Shown here: positions 39,062 to 51,559 of the stretch, piece by piece
Layout: each line of letters begins with the position of its first letter
Numbering within the stretch: the first letter of the stretch is position 1
Source of the DNA: Camelus ferus
Lineage: Eukaryota
DNA length: 64,000 nt
Direction of reading: 5' to 3'
Assembly (NCBI RefSeq): GCF_009834535.1
Contig: NC_045696.1
Coordinates: 55,306,001 to 55,370,000, forward strand
The notes under the pieces: generated by a model
What the model was told of the DNA's origin: nothing
Databases searched by the model: none
The model's input: only the letters and a program-made list of their open reading frames with translations
Position numbers and translations under genes: made by a program

Positions 39062-42000
39062 AAAAATAATACAAATGAATTTATGTGTAAAACAGAAACA
39101 GACTCACAGACATAGAAAACAAAATTACGGTTACCAGAGGGGAGAGGGAAGCAGGGAGGGACAAATAGAGGTATGGATTTAACAGACACAAACTATTATA
39201 TATAAAATAGATAAGCAACAAGGATATACTATATATCACAGGGAATTGTACCAATTATCTTGTAGTAACCTATAATAAGATATCCTCTGCAAAAATACTG
39301 AAACACTCTGCTGTATACCTGAAACTAACAAAATACTATAAATCAACTATACTTAAATTTTAAAAAAGACAGGAGGAGAGGCAGCAGGAACAGCAAGTGT
39401 AGACAATCCAAGTAGCCATCATTGACCACAGGAGACAATAAAGAACTAAATAGTATCTCCGGATTTAAGCAGTGGAAATCAGCACATATAAAATGGGCTC
39501 ATGTTCCTACTCTCAGAAGAAGGAATGAGCTGCTTACCTCTTTGTAATAAGGTAAGACATTTTTAACTGCTCCTTTTGTCAGCCTACCTGGTGTCTGAAT
39601 CCGAAGTCACAGTGTTCCTGTTCAATTTGACAAACTCAGGTGGCACGCTTAGGTGTCAGCCCCAACCATTTTCGAGGCCCTACTACAAATCCACTCCCCA
39701 AATGCCTCAGGCCTCCACCCAATCAATAAATTGCAGTTAATGCCCTTAAGGAAAATGGTCTTTGATGAGACTCAGTGTTAGCAGCCAATCCTAGCCCATT
39801 AACTTCCACATCTGGAAATAGGTGAGTAAGTAAAAGGAGGCTGATGGCTTCAATTTAGTTCTCATTTATCAGCATCACAATAACCCAACTCAACGACTTA
39901 CAATTCAGGGTGATTGGATGACTTTGCTGAGTAGAGGTCCTAGACAGAAATATAAGGAGGCTGAAGGTCAGGATTCAGGATTACTGGTAAAGTTATTTCA
40001 AAGGACCAGGTTTAGAGTCAGGAAGCAAGAACAAAAGGCACCAAATAAGATGCTCAGAGAATCAAACCCAGAAAAGCCATCTGATATAGTGTAATATTCA
40101 CAGCTCCCCTGTGACTTCTGACTTTTAATCTTATTTAGAAATACATATATACCAGTGATTACACTAAACCTTATATTTCTACAGCTTAATCTCCTCCAAT
40201 ACACTTTATTGTCTGGTTTTCTTTTTTCACTTGAGTCCCTTAGCAGGCAATAATATTCTCCATCTCACAGATGAAAAAATTGAGCTTGAGAGGGTGAGGA
40301 ACACAGAACAGTAAACACTGATGGCCAATAAAAAGCATATTTTGTTTCAGTGAATAACACGCTTCCCTAATAAGAGAAAGAATTGGCTGTTTGAGTTTAA
40401 TAAAACTTGGAGACTATACGTAACGGGGTGAAAAAAGTTTTACCTATTAACACTAGAATTATTCTTAAGGAGAAAACAGCTGTGGTTAGGCAAATACTTT
40501 GATAAACAACAGATGCTGGTTTGCCCAGAACAATCCCAGGTTTTGTGTTTTTTTTCCTTTTGTCCTGGAGAGATTATTAATATTGCCCACTTCTACTTTC
40601 ACAGGTATTCCAGTTCCTAGGATACGGTCACCTGTTGACTGCCTAGGCAGAGAGAGAGGTGAGACCCCATCAAGGGAGGATCAGCAGGAAAGGAGGCAGC
40701 AAAGGGATGGCCACACTGCTCTGAATTGACATAGACAGAAATGAAGAGAGCAATGAGCAGTTAGAAGAAACTAGGCAACTTGCATGGGGCGGGCGCACAG
40801 TGGGGTTGGGGGTGGTGCTTAAGGGTCACATTCCCAGTTGCAGGGTGACTTTAGGCTATCTCATTTCCAATTTGAAATTCTTTTCATTCCCAAGTTGTAG
40901 AACCATGCCCTGGCTTCCCTTTCCCGCACTTCAGTCACATCTACTATACATTTAATGCTTTATGTAAGTAAGACCTTTTTTTTTCAAGAAATGAAAGAAA
41001 TCTTAGATATATATAGGCAGGGCTAAGGAGAGTGAACAAAGAGAATACACGAAGGACAAGGTATGACGCAAAAATTGAAATAGAAGGAACCAGAAGTTTG
41101 GAGCCAGAAGTGACCACGAACATGAGAGACCCCTCAGGAATTCTCAAAATCCACAGGACCCAGTATGGAACTCTGGGACAATTTCCTGTAGTTCTCACAG
41201 AGCAGGATCACCCAGCTCACACTTGGGTTGCATGAAGAGTAATGCAAAGGGGACTGACAGTTGTTTGGTAATCAGAAAAGTCAGTTGAAGTTCCTTAAAC
41301 ATTTTATTCAAGCTTAAATCTATAAATGTTTATTCATTCACCAAAGTATTCATGTGGAGTCAAGGCAGCTTCTTCTATTATGAGTGTTGATTAGAGTCCT
41401 TTATTGTCTTTCTTGCATAAACCAAATCCATAATGCAGCATCTCATTTCTTTAGATGAGACAAAACAATGTAAATGCAGGATTCTCTAGACTTTTATGAT
41501 ATTTTTCTAATCTTCTGCAGATGTTTTGCCCATCCCTAATTTGATAACAATTCTCCTTACCCACTTGTCTTATCCAATCTTTCCAAAGAAGCTTAGCTTT
41601 CATACAACGCTTTCTTCTTGTATTACTGTCCCATATACTTATGTAATATTTAATAAAATTATATAATTATGATAACAAATTCAACTGGCATAAACAAGTT
41701 TGCCACAAAGGCAGCCAACTCTTGAGAAGTGAGGAAGTCGTACATGTGAGCAGAAATGTTTGGTCTGTTAGAGCATTCGCTTTATCACAACGCTAGACAG
41801 TGTCCCATGTTTCACAGAGGAGAAAGAGAGATCTGTTGTTCCAAGGAGCTTAGTAAATTGAGGTCAGTTTTTTAAGTTCCTATTGGATTTATACACAATT
41901 TTCCTGAAGAGCTGAACAGCTGGCCAAAGCAAAGCACATGGAACTGTGGCCACGCCCTGCTCCCTCCAACCGCTGCATCTCTGTCCACCTTCAGACGTTC

Positions 42001-43858
42001 CATGCGCTGCTTCTCCTGATCTCCGTTCAGTGGGATGGACCTGGCCCAGGAGCCAGAGAACCACCCCCATCACGGGAAAAAAATCACTCCCATTCCTAAC
42101 TGAATAATCATCTCTTGTGGTGGGCTTTGACAGTAGGCTCAACCCTCAGGGAAGTCCCTTAAAGGAAACCAAGCTATACTCAAAGCCAGACAGAATGGCT
42201 CCAGGAGACTCAACGAGGACTTGTAACATTTAGTGGTAATGACTAAACGCATGTATTCAGTGTAAATTAGGACCCTCTTGTCCTGGAAAGGGCAGAGAGC
42301 TAAATATAAGAAGCAGTCAGAGAAAGCAAATTTTCTCCTAATCAGAAAAGCACAATCATGGTGAAGCAGGGACAGTAAATGGAGCTGGTATGTATAATTA
42401 GGGTCTTTTTTTTTTCCTACAAAGTGCAAGAAAGGAAAGGTGGGCCTCTGAGGAAAAGGTAGTTAAAACCTTCTGGAAGATGACTTCCTCAGTTAATTGA
42501 GGAAACAGGTTAAGCCTTGATAATTGTCTTTTTTAAGGAAAAGCTGGAAACACCTACAGCCTGAGGAAGTGTGTGAATTTAAAGGGATTTCTGATATCAT
42601 AAATTCTGAAGTGATAGCATTCTTTCTTTAAAGTTACAGACTTTCTAAAGGATTAATATTAAGCACTCAAAGTAGTTAATAAGCAGGATTTCTACAATAC
42701 TTAGTTTCTGTTCCTTTTAAATTTTACTCTGCTTTGTATATATTCTTCATAAATACAGTGTTTAATAACTACACACGGTGGGGACTTTAGTACACAAGGT
42801 TGTTGTTTTTATAAGACAAAACTGAATGAAAGAAATATATGTATCTGTCCCTGGGACTCAACCTCACCGGTGGGTCACCTAGGAATCTGCATCTGAGGCA
42901 GCGTAACTAATCAGAGATCCAGAACTGCAGGGAAACCAGACAGCAAACTGAAAACAGCAAGAACTGGCAACTGGCAGAAGGTGGGGGATGTCAAAAGTGA
43001 CAAAGTGAACTGAGTATTTCATTTGTTTTTATATTTAAAAGATACAAAAAGAAGCAAGAAATTAAACAAAAGTTACCATTCAAGCTGCAGGAGCAAAAAT
43101 GCAAACTGTGTTTTTACCTGCTGCCAACTTTGCTAAAGAGGGGAGACTGGTTCCAGCGCAGCTTTCGTGTTACAAAGCTGGGAGGCAGGTGTTAGTGGAG
43201 TCTCCACACTTCCCCGCTTTCACTTGTTCTCCCCCGGCTCAAATTCATGGCAGGGAGGCCCACGCTGAGGCCTCAGCGGGAAACCATCAACAGTAGCTGC
43301 TAATGGGAAACCTAATGACCTTTTAATGGGATGAGATAAACTAAGAGAATTGTGCAGATAATATTTATAATAGAAGAAAAAGAAACTACATGCTAAGCTG
43401 AAGCAAGAGCTGGCCAGGCTGGGCCCTGTTCAGCCCAGTAAAGGGAAAAGCTGCAGCCCTCCTAGAGAAAGGGGATTTATCACACCCCTGAAGGTTTCCA
43501 CAGCAACACAGCATCCACTGCAACCACCAAACACTGGCAGTAATGACTCGGCATTTACAGGGCACCATGACGCCTCACAGGACACCAGGTTAAACAACAG
43601 CACTGGGTGGACATTCTTCTTCATTTGCATTTATGAAACAGTTAACTCAGAGGCCATTACTGCGGCTGGGTCTCCAAGACTTGGGCTAAATCCAACTGCA
43701 AAAAACATGTCGTCACTCAAATTCAAATATGCCCGCTAAAGCAGAAGAGCACGGTTGTCCAAGTATTTCCCAAGCCCTGTTACATCACCTGGTATTTCCG
43801 AAACTTATTTCCATCCCATCCATGCTGGTAATACTAACATCTCCTGAAAACTCTAGAA

Positions 43859-44048
43859 CAAGGGTTCTCAAAGTTTGCTCCCCAGACCAGTCGCATCAAC
43901 GTCACCTGGAAACTTCTGTGTTAGAAATGCTTATAGTCAAGCTCTATTGAAGGCAAGTTACTGAGAAATCTAGGGGTGGAACCCAGAATCTATGTTTTAA
44001 TAAGCCCTCCAGGGGATTCTGATACACACTCAAGTTAGAGAACCACTG
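43859..44048 (+). mobile_element. MER5A-like DNA transposon
   Basis: TIR-like ends caagggttctcaaa ... ttagagaaccactg; internal aagccctccaggggattctgat. Confidence 0.85.
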
Positions 44049-44049
44049 A

Positions 44050-44487
44050 TCTCAAATCTGGCCATACACTGGAACCTCTTAGGAAACTCTGAAAAACAGA
44101 ATGCTGGTTGGAGATTAACAGGTACACATTATTATATATGAAATAGATAAACAACAAGGACCTACTGCATAGCTCAGGAAACTATATTCAATTTCTTATA
44201 ATAATATATAATGGGAAAGAATCTGAAAAGAAAATGTATATATGTATGTGTATGTAGAACTGAATCACTTTGCTGTACATCTGAAACAAACACTGTAAAT
44301 CAACTATACTTCAATAAAAAGTTAAAAAAAAAATTAAAAAACAAAATACTGCTGCCTAGCAACTACCTCCTCCACCACCTTCAAAGATTCTGATTTAGCT
44401 GGCATCAGTTAAAGCCTAAGCATCTGGATTGTAAAAAAAAACTTCCCAGCTGATTTTTAATGTGCAAGAAAGTTTGCAGACCACTAT
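44050..44487. mobile_element. MER5B-like element split by the short L1 at 44107
   Basis: tctcaaatctggccatacactggaac...agattctgatttagctgg...tttaatgtgcaagaaagtttgcagaccact. Confidence 0.6.
44107..44336 (+). mobile_element. 5'-truncated L1 3'UTR
   Basis: aaatagataaacaacaaggacctactg...tgtaaatcaactatacttcaataaaaa; TSD aaaaaca(g/a)aat(g/a)ctg at 44092-44106 and 44337-44351 (2 mismatches). Confidence 0.9.
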
Positions 44488-44717
44488 AACACACTCAGGA
44501 AATAAATGTCAACAGACAGCTTTTCATACCAGGGACTAAAAGCACATAGGTAGTTAACAGGTATTAGAATCACCAATTACAAAGAAGAATAAGTAATCTA
44601 TACTGATCGACTTCACAATGTTTTTCTGTAATCATATTTCAACAGAAGAAAAAATCAATTTCAAAAAGAAGAGAAAAAAAAAAGACATACAAAAACAAAC
44701 CCAAAACAATTAACAAA

Positions 44718-44906
44718 ATGGCAATAAGAACATATGTACTGATAATTACCTTAAATGTAAATGGATTAAATGCTCCAACCAAAAGACATAGACTGGCTGA
44801 ATGGATACAAAAACAAGAGCCATATATATGCTGTCTAGAAGAGACCCACCTCAGAGCTAGAGACACATGCAGGCTGAAAGCAAGGGGATGGAAAAAGATA
44901 TTCTAA
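44718..44906 (+). pseudogene. L1 ORF2 endonuclease N-terminal 62 codons
   Basis: MAIRTYVLIITLNVNGLNAPTKRHRLAEWIQKQEPYICCLEETHL, ending at the deletion junction. Confidence 0.92.
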
Positions 44907-45571
44907 AATATACAAAAAGCTCATATAACTTAATATTAAAAAAAAAAGCAACCCAATCCAAAAATGGACAGAAGACCTAAACAAGTAATTCTCCAATGAA
45001 GACATACAAATGGCCAACAGCACATGAAAAATGCTCAACATCACTAATTATCAGAAAAATTCAAATTAAAACCACAGTGAGGTATCACCTCACACAAGCC
45101 AGAATGGCCATCATTAAAAATTCTACAAACAATAAATGCTGGAGAGGGTGTGGAGAAAGAGGAACCCTCCTACACTGTTGGTGGGAATGTGAGTTGGTAC
45201 AGCCACTATGGAGGACAGTATGGAAGTTCCCTAAAAAACTAAAAATAGACTTACCGTATGATCCAGCAATCCAACTCCTGGGCATATACTCAGAGGAAAA
45301 TATAATTCAAAAATACACATGCACCCCAATATTCATAACAGCACTATTTACAATAGCCAAGACATGGAAACATCCCAAATGTCCACCAGCAGATGACTGG
45401 ATAGAGAAGAAGTGGTATATATGTGCAATGGAATACTACTCAGCCATAAAAAAGAAGAAAATAATGCCATTTGCAGCAACATGGATGGACCTGGAGGCTG
45501 TCATTCTAAGTGAAGTAAGCCAGAACAAGAAAGAAAAATGCCATATGACATCATTTCTATGTGAAATCTAA
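44907..45571 (+). pseudogene. L1 ORF2 C-terminal (cysteine-rich) region; about 180 codons open from about 45030
   Basis: KCSTSLIIR...RYHLT...[19 protein letters not shown]...YDPAI...[11 protein letters not shown]. Confidence 0.92.
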
Positions 45572-48500
45572 AAAAGAAGGACACAAATGAACTACTTATT
45601 ATTTATAACTTAGATAATTGGTTTCTTGAATATGTGTAAGCACATGTGACTGTCCTTTATGACTGGATTACTGCATTCTGTTTATTCTTATTTTGTGGTC
45701 GGCTTTATTCCTTTGATAACTGTGTAAGTTTAAAAAGCTAAAGCTCTAAACTGTTCTTAGAAACAATGAACAGTACAGATATGTAAATTGTTTTAAATGT
45801 GCACTATATTGTATATACGTATTTACATGAAATACAGTGTACATGTGCAGTAAAACTTCAACAATTCTAATAAAACTGAAAAATGAAGAGTCCCTCCCCC
45901 CCAAAAAAAAGAGAAGAAAAAAAGGAAAAAATCAATTTCCCACAAATGCCCAAGGCTTGATTTATTTAAACATATATTTGAGATATCCTGTTTTGTCCTT
46001 GCTGCTAGAGATAATTTTTGTCCCTTGGAATTTTTTCTTTCCCTTTTAAAGTACCTGACTCCTGTCCCTTTATACCTATGTGAAAGTCCCTTTGCCAAGC
46101 ATCTTGCCCTGAAGCACACATATCTTGCAGGCTATGCAGTGATGGTCATGGGAATCCAGGAAGCCAGGGAACAAAGGTGGCTCATGTCTGGAGACCCCGA
46201 TTTAATCAAAGTTCGGTCATTATAAAAAGTCTTAATACTAGGACAAACATAGAAACGTTATGGATTGGAAGGCAAAATTGGATCATCCTGGGTTCTTCCC
46301 CCAAGTGTCCTGAGAACGGTCCCCATTTACTCTCCTCTGACATTAGGAGCATTCCACTAGGAAAACTGGAAAGGCATAGACATCATATATAAGAGCCTTA
46401 CTGATACTGGCTGAAATTATTTTAGAAGAAGACCTAATACCAACAAGTAAATGAAGGAATTGCTCTTGAGTTCTCTTCTATGTAATTATTCAAGACATTA
46501 TTATTAGTATCTCTTTTCTCTTTCAAACACTATTCTTTGGATTCCATTAGACACCAATATTCCGTAAAGAGAAGGGAGCTTTTCCCTACTGGACATGACA
46601 GATACATGAGACTCCACTGTGGCAGACATGCAGAATACCTTTGAAATAATAATAAAGTTAATCCCTTTTCTTAATGAGAATGGACCTGGCACTGGCAGTC
46701 CAGGTGAGGACCTCCGTCTCCAGGAGGACTGGGGTGGGAGCAAGTGGGGAGAAAGAAGGAAATGAGGCAGGAAGCAGAAAGGAGGTGAGTTGTTGAAATT
46801 AAGATTCCCGGCAGAAACTTGCAAAAATTCGTAAGGCAAATGCCTAAGAAAATAGGGCCCCTCACCTTCTCCCAGAAGAATGAGGAAAGAGCGGGGAGAA
46901 TGAATGACAAAATCCAAATCAAGACTGCAAACTAAAGGAGAAATTGTCAGCATTTCACGTAGAATTCTCGTCCCCGTATTTACACATTTATAATACCCAA
47001 AGGGTTTACTGTTCAGTCTTTCTGCTGTCCTCTAGGTGAAAAATAGAACTCTGCTCCTCAAAGCTTTTACAAAAAAACAGCAATAAAATTGTCCATAGAG
47101 CTAGTCCTGGCTCCCAACCTTTCCTTCTTTCTAACCAAGTTTGAGTTTGGAGAACTAGCACTCTGCAGTGTGTTTCTTGTAACTGCGGTCTAGGCACTGG
47201 CACACTGCACTACGTTCTGGGGGCCTCTCACTTCTGCTATGTTCCATCCGGTGCAGATGGTGGCATGGATAAAGGCAGCCTCCCTTAGGTTTGTCAATAT
47301 TTTACAGAAACGCAATTTCTCTCTTTTTGTCAGAAAAGATTAAAGTATAAAATGTGTAACTATCCTTGGTCCTAACCATTTCTCAGCAACAAAATAAGCA
47401 TATCCCTTTCCTAGAAAGTGACAGAGACAGGTCACTCACGTTCCATGAACACAACATTTGCAGCCGGAGGATATCAGAACTGGATCAGCAACCACCCTGT
47501 CCCCACTCTGTCCTAAGCACAAGGGAAAGGAAAGATGGCCTCTCAGGGCCACACAGCCAACAAGATCAGTGTCCCAGTCTCCAAGTTTAGTTCAATTTTT
47601 CCTCCCAATTAACCTCGCCACTCCCCTGAACACCACAGCACAAAGCAGGGCTGAGAGCTGCTGTTGCAACCAGCAAATTATTCATAAAGGAAATAGAATG
47701 AAATTTGATGGGAGTGGAATGAAGAGTTGACACCTGACGGGGGTGGAAAATGGATGCACACACAGGAGGCAGTGAGCAGACTTGCAGCAGGTCTTTGGCT
47801 CATAGAGAAGACAGAGGCAGACCACACCACCACCACCAGCGCGGGCCAAGTGAGGCCACTCAGAAGTCTCAGAGGACGTCCTCTGAGCCTAGCCTCCAGC
47901 AGAGACCCTCTTGGCTTCTCTTCTGGTTTGATGCTCCTGGACAGGTACAAAGTACAAAGTCTGACACACGTATTCTTGCACCCCACGAGCTCAAAAGTAC
48001 AACAGATATCCTAGAAAATTGAGTCCAGCTTCTATGTCCTCATCGGTAAAATGGGTTCAGTACCCAGGCCCTGTTGAAAAAAAAAATGAAGTGAGACATG
48101 TGAACTTGTATGTAAGTTATAAAGGAGGGTGAGAGAGCACTATTATGTCCATCTTCACAATCCCTACAGCCTCAGGGGCAAAAACACTAGGCCTTTAGGC
48201 AATTCCTGATAGAGAGTCCCTAGATTTAAAGATGGAGAAAGTATGTAGTGAAATGAGAGCAAGCTTTGGAAACAGAGCTGGGTTTACAAAGCAGCTGAGT
48301 GACCCTTAGCAAATTCCTTAACTTCTTCAAACCTCGGTTTCCTGGTACGTATTAGGAAATTAGTAAATCACAGCATTGAAGGAAAAGAAGGAGGAGGAGG
48401 AGGAGAAAGGGAGGAGGGAGGGGAATGAAAACAAAGATAATAAAGTTCTCCCTGAGAAAGAGTCCGTCTCGGGGCCAATACAAAAATCTTTCTTGTAAAT

Positions 48501-50559
48501 GTTCACACTCAGTCATCTATGGCAAATCTAATCCCAGTTTGGCTTATCTGGACACATCTTTGTCCTAAAAATTTTTCCCTCTGTCCCTTTCTGATTGTCT
48601 AGGAGTGGAAATCCAAACTCCAGTCACAGTTTAATCTTCAAATTAAGGCTAGAAAGACACCAACAAGCACAAAATTTAAAAGGAAGAGAAAAAAAATATT
48701 CTGTCAAGACCATCAGTTTTAAAATTAGCCAGAGAATCAACTCTTCATGACATAATTTTGGAAAATTCTTGACAATAACTGGAAAAGATTGCCTCAACTT
48801 GGCTTTCTTCCTATACATCCTAGAAATTATAAACCTCCAGGAAGTGAAAGAAACATAGCTGGAAAACAGAGACAGGTATATTGGGTAGAAATGATAGAAA
48901 CCACAGTTACCCAATCTGGATCAAAAATATTAAACAAAGGAAAAACACTCATTATTCTGTCAGCTCTAAGATGTTAGCAGCTTGCTCAAACTGGAATGCG
49001 TCACCCTGTGGTCTTCTAAAACTCACGGAATTGGAGTAAAGTTGTGTAAGCAGAGCTTCATCTTCGAAGATGCCATGGAAAATAGACACATTAACAAGCG
49101 GGGCTTCCTCATTCTCATTCCTTCTCTGTTTCCCTGCTTGGTTCCAAGCATCAGCCATGTCTTAGTAGTAGGATATCAAGAACCACGTGTGTTTGCCTGC
49201 ACCCTCCAACATGCCTCCCAATCCTGAGACCTCAGCCGCTGCCAGGGGAGCCCTTGCGGGTTCCTCCAGCAGAGCCTGCACCGCCTGGGCCAATAAAGCT
49301 GACGTAAGTCCTTACAGCTCTTTCCTCAAAGACAGTATCTGATAAATAGCACCTAGGTTAAACTGCTTGTATTTGAAAAGGCAAATAAACCAAAAAGGCA
49401 TGTTTGTGGGTGTGTGTTTCAGTGCTTTGCTCTGTAAATCCTCCTGAATAACTGATCAGACCAGGGAGGAGCAGAGTCTTAGATCCGAAACAAGATTAGA
49501 TGTGTGAATTTAAATTTACAGTTCCAAACACAGCTTTAGTTTGGGGAACTGCAATACATCTTGGCATTTCCATTTTGCAGAACATTGGTGGACTGCTGTA
49601 GACGAGTTTAGGGATTCGTCTCCCCCTGACCCCCTGCCATCCTTTGCAATGGTGAGGTAGATGGAGCCATGGAGCAGGAGGACCATGAACTAACAGACAG
49701 AAGACCTGGTGGCAATTTTATTGTCCCTTTCAGCTCTTTGAGCTGCTTGTTTTCTTCCCACCTACAGGCACTGAGGCATGTGTCTCTAACGGTACAGTAG
49801 CCATCCAGGAAAGTGTGACTCTGGGCTTAATTCTATAGAGTGTAACTGAGCAACCATTTTTAGAAACCCTCCTATAGGCCTAGAATTACACAAAACCCTA
49901 TGTCTCCAGCACCTTGTGCACAGTGGACACTATACAAAGTATGTTGGATGAATGAATGAATGAGTACTTGGCTTAGATTTTAAAAAAGAAGTTAATGCTA
50001 GAATTTACAGCAATAGATTTTAAAAATTAAGAGAAACAATAGGTTTTGATTCTATAGCCCAAAGAAAAACAAGAATTCATGAGAGATGGGAAATCACAAA
50101 AGAAAAAATCTGAAAAGTCTAATTTGACCTGATAAGAAATAAAAAGGAGACATGATGGGAGGAAGAAAAGCCAGACAACCAAGGGGCTGGAACCTGGGAA
50201 ATGCACAAACCCACCTGAGTGGGATAGGTGGTCCCTCAAGCTCCCAGAATTGAACAACAGACATGGAGGCAGGTGGTTTGAGCATTGTAAGTATAAGTTT
50301 GGCATGGGCCACCAGCAGGCAGACAGGGGTCACCCCTGGGAAAGTCTAGCAGCAGCTAGAGACTGACTCATGGGGTCTGGAGATCACAGAAAGGATGCCA
50401 GGAACCAGGTAAGCACCCCACTGTTTAGGCAGGATTAATACATAAAGTCTCATTGCACAGCTACTGAAAAGAAAGCCTGATGTTCCCCCAATCTCCCACA
50501 CCTGCAACCTCCGTTGGTCTCACTTGGAGCAGAGTGGGGCTGAGCCTACAACAGTATCA

Positions 50560-50780
50560 ACACCACCAATTATGGCGCTCACTGTGCTAGGCACTGCCAA
50601 GTAGAGTCACTCACCTAACCCTCTCCCCAGCTTTATGCAGTGGGCACTAATCGTACTGGCATCTCCATTTACAGGAAACTGAGGCCCAGAGCACTCTTGT
50701 CCAAAGTCATGCAGCTAATAAGTGGCACAGCAGGAATCTGAACCTGGGCAGCCTGGGACCAGAGTCCGTGCTCTAAACAC
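50560..50780 (-). mobile_element. MIR SINE
   Basis: ctgtgctaggcactg...ctccatttacaggaaactgaggcccag...ggaatctgaacctgggcag. Confidence 0.8.
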
Positions 50781-51279
50781 CAGATCTGCTGCTTATTAGG
50801 GGCCCTGACTGTGACTGAGGGAGATGGTCAGGGAGCTCCACGTTCTTTCTAAGCAGGACCAACAAAACCAATTACCTACACGGAGATCCACACTTTGAAA
50901 CGTGCAGAATTAGGAAGCAGAGCACATAACCAAAGATTCATATGCATGATGGCACGACCCTGTAAGAATAATTCAGCAGGGCAAAAGCCCCAAAGGGCCT
51001 GAGGCTTGCTCATGCAGTGAATTAAAATTTATAAACTCTGACTCAGATGTGCAGAAATGGAGTTTAATTCCCCCTGCTCTCAAGCCCCCATTCCCGTGTG
51101 GCGGCCCCGGCAGGGCCTCCAAGCAATCACTGCGGCTTCAGTCTCCTTGGGGTGAATGTTCAGTGCATTCAGGGTTCAGCCTTTGAAGTAGGGTAGACTT
51201 ACCAACTCCCTTAGCTCTGGGGAAGGGCTTCAGGCTGAGGAGAGCTTCCCACCTACTCCTGGGCATGGGGCTCTGTTGT

Positions 51280-51450
51280 GTGTGGCTATTTCATTTAAAG
51301 TTACATAAAATTAAAAATTCAGTTCCCCAATTACATTTAATAGCCACATTTCAAGTGCTGTGTGGCTACACGTGGCTAATGGCTACTGTAATTGGTTAAG
51401 TACAGACACAGAACATTTCCCCCACTGCAGAATCCTCTATTGGACAGCAC
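51280..51450. mobile_element. MER3-like hAT-Charlie element
   Basis: aaattaaaaattcagttcc...tagccacatttcaagtgc...cagaacatttcc...ctattggacagcact. Confidence 0.75.
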
Positions 51451-51559
51451 TACATGTACATATGTGCGTGTATTCTTGTCTATTTGTAGTTCACTTTCTT
51501 CCAAAAATAATATACACACAATAAAATACACAGATAACGAGACATTCAAAAATTGAGTC

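Larger units (their letters stand above)
33144..39365 (+). mobile_element. LINE-1 spanning 5' end to A-tail, decayed, ORF1 missing, 12-bp TSD
   Basis: 5' gggagggggatcaagatgacagag; ORF2 EN/RT/C-terminal peptides in the ORF track; 3'UTR ending aatcaactatacttaa plus A-tail; TSD aagacaggagga at 33132-33143 and 39366-39377. Confidence 0.95.
44663..45924 (+). mobile_element. Chimeric L1-mediated retroposon: ORF2 N-terminus / ORF2 C-terminus / non-L1 polyadenylated tail, 15-bp TSD
   Basis: Perfect TSD gaaaaaatcaatttc at 44648-44662 and 45925-45939; ORF 44718-44906 is the L1 EN start; ORF to 45571 is the L1 C-terminus; AATAAA at 45868-45873. Confidence 0.88.

Noticed and set aside
40605..40658. 54-nt plus-strand exon-like unit (ttcacag|...|gtgaga)
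   Set aside because: Short, unrecognised peptide, opposite to the inferred gene strand; chance-level
50305..50325. CTCF-like motif (also at about 6622-6638 and 25433-25452)
   Set aside because: Mismatches at core positions; not supportable without a PWM scan or ChIP data
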